A stretch of 63,193 nucleotides of DNA, counting the filler, from Choristocarpus tenellus KU-1152 (lineage: Eukaryota; Protista; Phaeophyceae): the NCBI GenBank assembly GCA_964200185.2. It is 11 parts of 11 records of this genome, joined end to end, with 100 filler letters (N's around TTAATTAATTAA, not from the genome) between each part and the next. Parts side by side here need not be neighbours in the genome. Positions count along the whole stretch, not along the records: positions 47,612 to 54,702 come from CAXNAD020006721.1; positions 54,803 to 63,193 come from CAXNAD020004774.1; 9 more parts are not named here. One strand, given 5' to 3'. This document shows positions 52,688 through 63,193 of the stretch, piece after piece. Position numbers and translations under genes: made by a program. The notes beneath the pieces are model-generated. The model had not been told where the DNA came from, searched no databases, and worked only from the letters and a program-made list of their open reading frames with translations. Position 1 is the stretch's first letter. Each line of letters begins with the position of its first letter.

Positions 52688-52946
52688 TAGTCAAAGTAAA
52701 CGAGAGATACCCAGAATTGTATTTTACGGATGCTGACAAAGATGTGCAAGTTCCTGCTTTTTTTCAAATGTATATAGGATTTTCCTGTTGTTTGCGTCAT
52801 AAAAGTTTCTAACGATAGAGAAATAAACGCTCTCAAGTTGAACTTAGATCTTCATCCCTAGCAATATGGGTGAATTGCAAAAGATTGAAAAACAGATTTC
52901 AAACACAACACAACCAAACCTGGGTACCTCTCACTCACTTCGACTC
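52688..52946 (+). mobile_element. MITE family D, copy 2 (259 bp)
   Basis: TAGTCAAAGTAAACGAGAGATACCCAG ... CTGGGTACCTCTCACTCACTTCGACTC; flanks AGG/AGG. Confidence 0.82.
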
Positions 52947-53219
52947 AGGATATTATGTGAAGCTGCACAGGGACACATTAACTTTTTAGTGCTCCCTCTT
53001 TTGATTTACGTGATTATAGAGGGAATATTTTGTCGTTAATATCAATGGGTGTGATGTCTCTTAGGTATATTAGAGTGTTTGCGCAAAATGAAATTCACTA
53101 TCGGAAAGTTTTATCTCCTCATTTTCTAGCTGGAAACTATAGTAAAAAGCATTATGGCCTCGGTAAGACCCTCGGGGAAACACTCAAAGGTGTGATGATC
53201 TCATAGAGGAATGATCCAA

Positions 53220-53720
53220 TCGAAGCACTCAATTCGAATTTGTTTTACCCAACCAAAATGCTACAAAAGCTGCATTGTACGAGGACAAGACTCGCATTGG
53301 TTTGGGTACCATGGGAGATGCGCGTGTTATATTTGCTAGCATTTCACACCCTTTCGCTGCCGCAGCCGAAACCCCGATCGTTAGGCAGGAACTATGACTA
53401 CCTCGCCAGAACAGGACGTCCATGCACGATGAGGTATCAAGCCAAACTTTGCTGCCACGCCAAGAGGTTGTGTTGTAAACTGTGTACTGGCAACCCTCGC
53501 AGCGATGCTTAGACCTGTTTTAACCCAGAACTCCTCGGTCCGCTATCTGTGCTGCCTTAAACAAACAATTTGCTTCAGTTCCTGCGAAATACGGACCTTG
53601 TTCATTCCAAAAAGCAATGCATCAAAACCCGTTTGACCAGTCACATCCGTTCCCCACCCTGTGCTTCAATCCCCGCTTTCTTTAGCCACAGACAGGGTGG
53701 GCGATAGAAATCGACACCAT
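53220..53720. repeat. Dispersed repeat with decayed ORF, copy 2
   Basis: Homologous to 11130-11650. Confidence 0.75.
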
Positions 53721-53984
53721 TTCGACAAAGAGGTACCTCCATCGCTCAATCCACTGGGGAATGTCCAGGGAAGAGTCGAAATAGACGGAAACTAACACAG
53801 GCTAAGGCAGACTGCTCTTTCGTCACGGGGCGCCCACTAACAGTGTTGAATTTGCCAGTCACCTTCGGGTGGCGTTTCTTTTTTTTTGTATTTTTGTATT
53901 TTTGAAGCTGAATTCATTTTGCAATCTGATTTTCGTAGTGGATTTCATATCGCTGTTATACAAATTTGGATATAATGTATTTTT

Positions 53985-54056
53985 TTATTATTATGCCCTC
54001 TGACATTTTGGAGATGTGTCAGGGGGAAACCAATGAAACCTACACATTGTCAGTAT
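53985..54056 (+). repeat. Hairpin repeat family H
   Basis: TTATTATGCCCTCTGACATTTTGGAGATGTGTCAGGGGGAAACCAATGAAACC. Confidence 0.85.
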
Positions 54057-54224
54057 AAGCCCTAAAGAAATAAATTGTAAAAAATATGAAAGGCACTAAT
54101 CTGTTTGTTGCTTCACTACTATCTATATTGTACTACTGCCTTCCTGTGTCTCCAATCTACCTATGCCTGTGCCCCGGAGAGGAGCTTGGGAGGCATCCCA
54201 AAAATTCGATCAACCCCTCTGTGC

Positions 54225-54702
54225 CTATCTCCCTGGTGATTCCAGCTTAAAACGCATGATGACACGTCTAGACAGTGCCACTTGCATAGTTACTGAGACA
54301 ATTTGGTATAGCCGAGATTTAACTACTCCTTTCCTGCAATATCCTCCAGTTCCTCTCCCCCCTACCATGTGAGTAGTCAGCTCATCCAGGAAGCATTCCA
54401 CCTGCTTGCCGAGGCGCCCAAAAATTTCCACCGCGAAGGTGTTGAGGTTATAACTACGAGGATCAAAAGAGCCCTTGTAGTGGGTGTGCTTTTGCACCTC
54501 GGCGGCAGCAGCAGCTACACCATTGCTGGTGGATGAGCGTGTAAGGTGGGAGATTGCCTGTACTTCTGCGAAGGTGACATCTAGCAGAAGACCTTTGTCC
54601 CTGTAGGGGGCTGTTCTGGCGTCTGCCAGTACCCCTTCATGTAACACCAGATCCATGCGGAGATTCCTGTCCACTGTGAAAGGGCTACCGTCCTCCATAG
54701 TG
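54225..54702 (-). mobile_element. CRE-like non-LTR retrotransposon, C-terminal restriction-like endonuclease
   Basis: RMDLV...LLLDVT...AAAAAEVQKHTHY...FAVEIFGRLG...RLYQIVSVTMQ follows the RLE R-D...D...K pattern of CRE-clade elements. Open frame, cut by contig end. Confidence 0.88.
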
Positions 54703-56351
54703 NNNNNNNNNNNNNNNNNNNNNNNNNNNNNNNNNNNNNNNNNNNNTTAATTAATTAANNNNNNNNNNNNNNNNNNNNNNNNNNNNNNNNNNNNNNNNNN
54801 NNCCCCGGAGCTCTACCCTCTTCCCCTCCCGGGCGCTCTCCGGATCTGGGGGGGGGGACGGGGGGGGGGGGGGGGGGTGGGTGGTGATACTCACTCAGCT
54901 ACTCTCAGTGCCACGTGATGGTCTAGCGTATCATAAATGCGTGTGTTGACCCACCCAGCAGGCAAGGGCAGTGAAATGGGACCTCGGAAGTGCAAGCAGT
55001 GTGAATACCAGCCTATGGCCCAATCGAGGAAAGCCATTTCTCTAAAGGTTCAAAAACTTGCAAAATCGGCAAAATCAACATTATTGCATCCTATGGAATT
55101 GCCCCAACCCTCCCTGACCCTAAAATACCATACTGTACCCCAACCTCAAATTCCTAGGTCCCCACAGCCCCTACTGAGAGTTGTGATTCAAGTCCATACC
55201 AACCAATGGTGCTAGAGTTAGGGTATGCACTAGTGTTGAACCAGTGTTGAAGACAAAGTATACCCTGTCTTGGTCAAGCAACAACATATCCACACCACAT
55301 CTCTAGCTATCCCACTTATAACTTCACCAGAGAGACGAAAAAAAGTTGGTTCGTGGCCCAATTACTCTTACACATGAAACCTTTGCTGGGAGGCATTTTG
55401 GTAAGATGAAAGAAAATTCACCACGTCCGAGTGTTTTTTTTAACAATGGACGATGCATCTTACAGACTACTCTTCCGCACTCCATAAAATCCTCTTTTGG
55501 GGGGGGGGTATTACCGAGAATGGATAGGGTTCAAGATGAAGGATAAGTAAACATGATAAGAAACAGAAAAAAACAGAATAATGTGTATGAGTAGAGTGTG
55601 TCCTCTCATCTGCACTTGCATCTCTAAATGGGTGAGCCTAAAAAGCGCCTGAGCCACTTCTTCTAAAGAGTGAAGGATATGAGCATTGGCCAACCGATGT
55701 GTACCCCCCTCCTTCCACTTTTGCCTCTCATATTTTCACATCTCTCCAACTCTCCCATTGTCAAACAGAAAATCCGCCCGCTATGACAAGCCCTAACCGA
55801 TTACTAAGAAGATGGATGCATGTCCCAGAACTGCACCCCTGCAGTACACAACCAGACTAACCTAAAGATCGTAATGCTTGATGCCAAAAACCATTAGGGC
55901 AAGAAAACTGTACAAGGCAGAATATTCACCACATTCAAATTGTTCTCGTGTGGCATACCACAGCTGGGAGAACACCATCAATGGAAGCACTGGCCAGTGC
56001 TTGGAACACAGTAGAGGGTGAGTTGTTGGAAGAAACATGCAACACTACCGAAAAATCTTACGACCATACAATAAGAGAATATTTCTCCACAACACAACTA
56101 CGGCCAAAATTCCATTTACTTACATATAATACATACACATCTTCACTTGGTAAAAGCACTGTATCTCCTGATCAGCTGGAGGGTCTATCACCTCAACTCC
56201 TCCCTATCTCAAACACGGGGCCCAGGAAACTCCACAACCTAGAGTATCTCCTATCTCCTAAGGCAGAATGAATGAAGCACGATCAAACCAACCACACGAT
56301 TTACGAGTACTCTCTTTTCCCATCACACACACACACACACGCACAGATTAC

Positions 56352-56431
56352 CTGCATTATCTCAGACCTGCCCTCTATATCCGTGGTGGTACGCTCCAGT
56401 GCATACTGGAGTGCCTCACCCGCTGCTCCAT
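56352..56431 (-). CDS. Globin exon C (G helix)
   Basis: TTTTAG|AT ... YGAAGEALQYALERTTTDIEGRSEIMQ|GTAATC; phase matches exon B. Confidence 0.85.
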
Positions 56432-57103
56432 CTAAAAGCCAGGGGATATAAATTAGGGTCATGTCAAGATCTCGATTGAGAGATAGATCTCTGACTGTTG
56501 GCCCTATGTCTCACAAAACAATTTGTGTCGGGGATTTTTTAATGCCATTTTGCTGTCTAAAATCGGAAGCGCGGCTTTTCATTCGTTAAAAACTACTGCA
56601 AACAAACAAAAAAGTTGTCATCATCGGATCACACTCACATCTTTCATCATTCATCTTTCCGAAGAAATTGAAACCACCACTGAGAACACTAAAAAAAAAG
56701 ACACAAAAAAATTTGGAGAAGATAACTCACCAACTTTCCATTACCAACTCCTAGGAGTAAATTATCTTCCTTGAGAAACGTCTGATAAACACAGCACAAA
56801 AAAGAGAAAACCTAGAACTCAAGGAAAATCATAGCTGTCAATCAAGTGAAATCTCAGGAATAACAAGAGCAATAGTAACAACTGGAACAAAAGTGCAACA
56901 TATTTACCTGCCACTAAGAGCAGCCCTAAGTCATTCATGTAAAACATTAGCTCTAATGTGTAAATTTCAAGGGCATGCGCCTCATCCCAAATTCTAACCC
57001 CTCCAATGCATGCCCCACACATACATGGAGGTGGACAAAGGGAGACTTATACACACACAATAGGAGTTCTGCGATAAATTTCTTCTAGTGCAAACTGTCT
57101 CAC

Positions 57104-57206
57104 AATGATTTGGGAGGCACCCATATCCCACATGTCTGTCTGCTAATGCCTCCAACGTCATGACCAGGTCTTGTGTGGCCTCCAAGTTACATAGCCAAGA
57201 TATCAT
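57104..57206 (-). CDS. Globin exon B (E-F helices, proximal His F8)
   Basis: MISWLCNLEATQDLVMTLEALADRHVGYGCLPNH + T|GTGAGA. Confidence 0.88.
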
Positions 57207-58683
57207 CTTCAGGATAAGGGAAGGGCAGCAGGCAGTTTAGTATCACTTGTGTAGGCAGGAATATGAGATGGGTAGGGAGGAAGGGATACCAACATGAACG
57301 TACATAAGGCTGGTGACAGAGGAGGTGAAGGAGAAGGGAAGGTAACATTTATAGGTGGAGGAAAGAGGAGGTGAATCATGGGCAAGAAGGGGTTGGAATT
57401 AAAAGGACAAAAAAATGGGACACAGGTAACATGTAACACCTGGAGTAGGGTGGGAGGGTTAAGCTTACAGTGCGCCAATCAGGAAACAGGACACACTATG
57501 GTATTGATGTAATCATCACTATAACTGGCCAATGCAATGAAAGTGCAGGGTGAGGGGATAAAGCTTATTATACCATGGAGGGGATCACCAACTCCTTTCA
57601 CTGTTGTCTATAGTAAGTACTGAGAAAAATGGCAGGGGTACTGCAGCATGTCAAATCAATGATCTCTATGTTAGGTACTATTCACCATAGTATTATATAC
57701 CACAAAACAAACGACATCTCTGGATCTCTGCCAATGAGCATGACATCTGTGCGCACTAGACAACCTAGACATCCAATTCAAACTAAGCAGTTTTTAATTG
57801 AGAAATCACATACTCTTCTCTTAACTAAAGCATAGGTGATAAATACATGAACAATGAACAGCATGCATTTCAAGTCAGCACAGCACACACACAAAATTAT
57901 GTAAACATCTGAGCTGGGTAATGCCTTCTCGAGATGTGGAAGCCCCCCACATAGAAATGTACTGAAGGGGTGGGAAGAGTGGCATGAGCAAAAGATAGGT
58001 GCACAACCCAGCACACAAAAGGACATGAGCTTAAATTCCATTCATGCTGGTAATACCATTCCAAGTCATAGGTATTGAAAACACAGTAGAGTGCATTCCA
58101 TCACTGAATCAGGTTTTAGTCGCAAAATACTCTTATCCACCATCTACATCATCAGCAGCTGCTCTATTTTCTTGTTTCTATGTATCAAAGCATAATACTT
58201 CAAGACGAAAAATTGTGTCCATCCTGTGCAGCAAGCAATGGAATAGACGAACTCCAGCAAATGACATGTTTGATGCAAATTTGTGCTTGTGTGCGATGCT
58301 CACTGAGCTCAGCAGTGGGGCAAAGTTTTTCTACTGTACGTATAAAGTAAACGCCTAACAGTGGTCACTGCAAAGGATGGAGCATATTTTACTCACAATA
58401 GAGCACAACTAAAACAGGCCAGCCCTGAAATGAAGAACTGAAATTTTGAGCTCCACACCACTGATCCCTCATTCACCAAACCCCTGACTTAAGACGTAGA
58501 GTGGAGAAAATTTTACCCCCACCCCACCCCCAGTTGTTCTGAGCTGTTCCTTCACCCATGCCCTTTTCTCCGCATGGTTTCCATTAACCACACCGTCTTG
58601 CTGTCACCCCAACCTATCCACCTATTTCACACTAGCGTGGAAGTCCCTCCTTGCCATATATGCTCCCTTACTCTGCTCCTCAC

Positions 58684-58801
58684 CTTGACCAACGCACGGC
58701 TCTTGCGAACCATGTTTCCTTTGAATAGATCCTTCGCATCCGGTGCCACCTCAAAGAGCCTTTCATAGAACGAATCGTAAAAAATGCTGATGCGCGACTG
58801 C
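58684..58801 (-). CDS. Globin exon A (B-E helices), 3/3 M-family-like globin
   Basis: SIFYDSFYERLFEVAPDAKDLFKGNMVRKSRALVK|GTGAGG, with B10 Tyr, C2 Pro and CD1 Phe. Confidence 0.9.
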
Positions 58802-60859
58802 CTGCACACTGAGGTGGGCCCATGGGAAATGTCCAGGTTCCCAACATTCACCCTCTATACTCATTTTCAGAGGTTTCATCATGCATGGGGTATAAACGGT
58901 CAGCGACAGGGGCCAGGGAGGCAGGAAAGGGGGCAAGGATGTGGTTGGGGGGGGTTGCGGAAACCGTTGCGTACAACGGAGAAGTAGCTTTGAGTCGTTG
59001 AACTTGATTAGGTGGTGTAACTTCATATGGGAACTTTGTTGGAGGCAAGAGTCTTGTCGGAGTACACAAGAGATCCACCTAAGATACCGTGTTCCACAAG
59101 GGCTAAGAGGCACCAATCCCAACACAACTAGCATTTAGGGGATGCACAACAATACCCGGATTACACAATGATACGACGGTTAGCCAAGTCTGCTGTGTTC
59201 AGCTGCAAGCTGTCAATGGGAGATTCCTACGACGTGGTTGCAATTGAACACAAATCTAGAAATGGGCGGTTCGCAGAAGCAAAGGTAAAACGAGATATTG
59301 TGTTCCTTCTGATTAAGGATCATACTTACACCAGCGAATGATAGCAGTCTATATTCTCGTGGATCCAGGAAGGGTTGCAAATCTTTTCCCCGAGTCGTGA
59401 TACTTGCAAAGAAGGTTTTGTACTAAAGGTTCGCAAAGAGAGTCAAGGTACCCAGAGAAGTTGGAATGGACTTGACAGGGTGAACATGTTGGGGTAATCG
59501 TCGGCAACGTCCAACTGATGCAGGGAGCAATGGGTCGAAACTGAACGATTCATGCCCTATTTCCCCACTCCTTAAAGCGCTCCTCGCGCATTAGTATCGA
59601 AAAAACATCCAGGGGAGGAGGATTGCCCTAGAGGTGATATACCCTACCCTCTTCTTATCTTTTTAAGCTATCCAGATGTGTAGAAGGGGTTTCCGAGGGT
59701 GTTCCCCTCACCTCATCGGCGATGAAGTTCCAGTGATTGCTCATCGTCGTAACCTTGGCCTGAGTTAAGACAGCCTTCAGGTTGGTGTTTTCTGGGAGAT
59801 ATGGCAGGTACTTATCCTTCACCGCCACACGCAACCTTTGATGCTCCTCCATCGCGCCCCGATCTCCACCATTGGCAGGATTGCTAAGAGAACCCCCCAT
59901 ATCCTCCTCCAGGGCAGGCTGATCAAGCCTTCTTCTCTCCACCCCACGCCCCACACAACAAGGAGGAAGTCACGCAGAATAGGGGCGCTGGGAAAAGAGC
60001 AATGCCCTCACTTGACTCTGTCTTCCAACCTTCCCCCCCTCATATTCCCTGAGGACAAGAGGAAGTGGGAATGGCTCTGATTTTTTGGTCAACCGTAAAC
60101 AGAAAAAGAGGCACTGCCTGAATCGGGGTTAAACAATTCGGCGGTATATCTAATCTTTGTGGCAAATACGTCGGTATGGGATTTCACTACATGAGATACT
60201 CTCCATAAAAACGTATATTTTTAGGATTATTTCAAACATAATATAATAGTTTGTAGTCTATAATTACAAAAGTTTCTAGTTTGTATTTCGAAACTTACGG
60301 TTCATATCTATTCTAATCAATTTCATGTTGACCACCAACGTCTTCATATTAGGATTTTCAACTCTTAACATTTTCAATCTTGGTAACATTTTTCGATTTT
60401 GATGATGTTGTGATGGAAGGGAAAAGATTTTATGATTGATATATTTCTAAAATACAATACCACTCAAACCAGTTTGATACGATCTTCACCTGAACGGTTC
60501 TTCGAAGGAGATTGCATCGGCCAAACATTTTTTAAGTTATAGAGAGGGGATGTTGCTGATCGTTCTTTTTTGAGAAATATGTGTGTGACAGAAGATTATT
60601 CTGTTGTGCATTTCACAAAACCACAAATAGAAAATAGGGAAGGAACGGACTACTTTACATTATTACCTAAAAGGACCTGTTAAATCCCGTTTATGACAGA
60701 TAGTGTCTGTCACAACACAAGTGCCTCGATCGAAAGACGCCATGCATTTATAAACTGGAGAAAGTAGGGAGATGTGGTGTGGACCTAAGTAAGGTGGGTT
60801 GGAGGCATAGGAGGGGAGTGGTGTAGCATAGCTGACAGTAAAATAGTAAATAAAAATAT

Positions 60860-61835
60860 ATTTTTCGCATTTGTGTCAACTATTACTTTTCCCGGGGTTC
60901 TGATATTGAATTGACTTTTCATCGGTTTTTTCCTGACACATCTACAAAATGTCACAGAGTATATTAAAAAAAAAATTAAGAGTGTTTGTTCTATGTAAGT
61001 TTTGGTAAGAATATGTTTATTTGTCATTTGGTAGTCAGTAAATAGATAAATATAGAAAAATATCCTTCATATTTGCAACTGTTACTTTTACAGGGGTTCT
61101 TATGATGTTGAATTGACTTTTGATTGCATTTTCTACTGGCACATCTGTAAAATGTTTTATATTATTATGCCATTTATTTTCCCATTTATTCATCTTTGCC
61201 ACCTTGACTATTTTTCCAAATTCCCCTATTTCAACCGTGAAACTTGAAGTTCCTAAACCGGTATGACGGTATGAAGGTGATTATTTGACCGCCAACATAT
61301 ATTATTATATTTTATTATTATGCCCTCTGACATTTTGCAGATGTGTCAGGGGGAAACAAATGAAAACTATATACNNNNNNNNNNATACATATGTGTATAT
61401 AAAATGTCTTAAACATAAGAATACTATAAGACATTGCGTGGAAACCACTAATTATGCCCTCTGACATTTTGCAGATATCGTCCTGGTGATGTCGGTTTGG
61501 CTTTTCCGTGACACAATAATATTATTTTATTATGCCCTCTAACATTTTCCAGATGTGTCAGGGGGAAGTAAATGAAAACTATATGTCAGTCAGTATACAC
61601 AATAATATCCGAGGAAATAATAATATAAATTTGCAGATGTGTCGAAGAAAAAGCCATACCAGTATCACAAGCACCACTGTAAAAGTAACATGATATACAC
61701 CCAACAACAGTGATGTGTAGAGATGTATCGAATGGGAGAAAAACAATACCAAAAACTACTCTACTAACTATACTGTGTGGATAGTTTTCATTGATTTCCC
61801 CCCTGACACATCTGCAAAATGTCAGACATGATAAC
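60860..61835. repeat. Cluster of six family H hairpin repeats in both orientations
   Basis: Reverse copies at about 60915, 61115 and 61780; forward copies at about 61315, 61452 (partial) and 61528. Confidence 0.85.
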
Positions 61836-62316
61836 AATATGTACTGTATGGCAACAACTCGTCAATGTCAAAACTTAATAATACTATTATATTTCGAAGT
61901 CGTCGGACTTTGAAATGCGTATTATTTTCAGTATTGACAACCAAAAACTCCCATACATTTCCACAACAATAGTAGTACTGAGTAGTATTAGATTATGCCC
62001 ACGGACACTTTTCTGTAAAAGACACTGACCTAGATCGGGGATGAGTAACTCACTTTCACGTGTTATTGTGTAATTATAAGACAGCATTTTCGAAAAATCG
62101 CATGAACATTTGAAATTACAACTTTTAATAATCGACAAGTAGTAACGTCAAGATGTACACATATTTTTTCGACATATTATCCTGATTATAGTTACAAGAT
62201 TTAATATGAGTGAAAATGTACATTCATCATGTTTCTCCATGTTTTCACCACTACTACTAATATTATTAATGACTATTTTTATATGTAATAAATACAGTAC
62301 GAAATGTTTTGTTGCA

Positions 62317-63193
62317 CTTCCTCCTTTCCGAATTAAATATAGCACACCTTTTGCAAACCCAATGAAAAAAGCAACTTTTTTCGCATGTTCATAATTTATG
62401 GGTGCATTGTGCAGACACTAAAAAGGTTGCCCATCAAAATTCAGGGGGTGCTTGCCCACCTTCTCAGCCTTTTCCTTGGTAAGATGTGGAAGTTTTGAAG
62501 ACCTTGTCACCCTTGAACCCCAGCGCTTCACCGCAGACTGTGAAGAGGATCTGCCAGATGCACTTTGGTGTCTCAAGGGGGTACACATTGAACGGCTCTA
62601 TTGTAGCCTCCAACAACTCCTCTGCGTTGGTCCTCCCCACGTCTTCCGAGTCAAAGTATCTTAGAGGGTAGAGTCGCGTCCATTTGGGGGCAAAAACCCA
62701 ATGTTGTGATTTTGATATAATTTTGGGTATCATGCTTGTTAGGAAGTGTAAATATGCTTGTTCCGGACACACCTTTTCAAAAGGTATACATTTTATCTTC
62801 TCCGAAACATTTTGGAGTAGGAAAATGTCATTGAAAAACCCGTGGGAATCCAAACCCCAAATGGACAAAAAGGGCAAAATTCGTACCCTCTAAGATACTT
62901 TCACTCTTCCTTCAGTTGCTGGTTGGAATGAAAGAGACCCCCAGGTCGTTGAGGTTGAGTTCAGTTGAGTTGGCAGGCTGGATCTCTATGATAATGTCGT
63001 CCCCAACCACCTCCTCAATTGCCTCCATGGTCCCCCTCTTGGTGTGGCTTTTGCCCCATTCTGCTGCTTGAAGATCATGGATCCTTCCGGGCCACGCATG
63101 CAGGCCTTGATTGCTAGGATGACATCCTCGATTATGAGTTTATTATACCCCTCCCCGTTCACTGTGACTTGCAAGAGCACCTTGGGGCCTTTG
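62317..63193 (-). mobile_element. Second dead Tc1/mariner, 3' half (about DD37D)
   Basis: IFKQQNGAK...IQPANSTELNLNDLG...QQLKEDVG...WQILFTVCGEAL; Stowaway-like end CTTCCTCCTTTCCGAATT at 62317; truncated by the window end. Confidence 0.88.
62648..62906 (+). mobile_element. MITE family A inside second mariner, 4-bp TSD TTCC
   Basis: Near-perfect 23-bp TIRs (1 mismatch). Excision with one TTCC restores QQLKEDVG. Confidence 0.97.

Noticed and set aside
48794-52946. Single large element bounded by 48794 and 52946
   Set aside because: Flanks ACCT and AGGA are not a TSD, and 52946 pairs with 52688 as MITE D.
2602-54802. Recurrent TTAATTAATTAA palindrome within N runs
   Set aside because: Identical 100-bp artificial spacer. 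Adjacency across spacers has no biological meaning.
59320-59954. Upstream globin exons or a separate ORF
   Set aside because: Protein-like but with stops and frameshifts; no phase-compatible link to the globin could be established.
3596-62893. Recurring short ORFs with PKWTRLYPLRYFD or LFVHLGLGFP motifs
   Set aside because: Translations of non-coding MITE A ends, not a protein family.
1-63193. tRNA, rRNA, prokaryotic operons or giant-virus genes
   Set aside because: None recognised by eye; a covariance-model and translated search would be needed to exclude weak cases.

Overview
Eukaryotic draft-assembly DNA, not prokaryotic. Eleven short, probably unlinked contigs (1-2601, 2702-5498, 5599-10653, 10754-17996, 18097-20823, 20924-30160, 30261-39138, 39239-42351, 42452-47511, 47612-54702, 54803-63193) are joined by artificial N44-TTAATTAATTAA-N44 spacers. 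GT-AG introns, a signal peptide with an AF-type plastid-targeting presequence, and the TE repertoire suggest a photosynthetic stramenopile, probably a brown alga or close relative (inference). Host genes appear only as exons: RBBP6/Mpe1 DWNN domain, a divergently transcribed plastid-targeted protein, an MFS sugar transporter, a 3-exon globin and two unknown genes. Most identifiable sequence is nested, decayed transposons: two Ty3/Gypsy lineages (one with a chromodomain, one with chromo-like plus Tudor-like domains), Copia gag, a CRE-like non-LTR endonuclease, two mariners with Stowaway-like TIRs, a foldback element and Helentron-like hairpin repeats. The most novel-looking signal is an abundant DNA-transposon clan with G(A/G)GTCAAAGT-like ends and variable 3- or 4-bp TSDs. 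It has 12 copies of a 260-bp MITE, 2 copies of a second ~260-bp MITE and 8 poly-G-type ends. Two homologous unknown ORFs each end 1.2-1.4 kb inside such a terminus. All alignments were made by eye; no searches were run.
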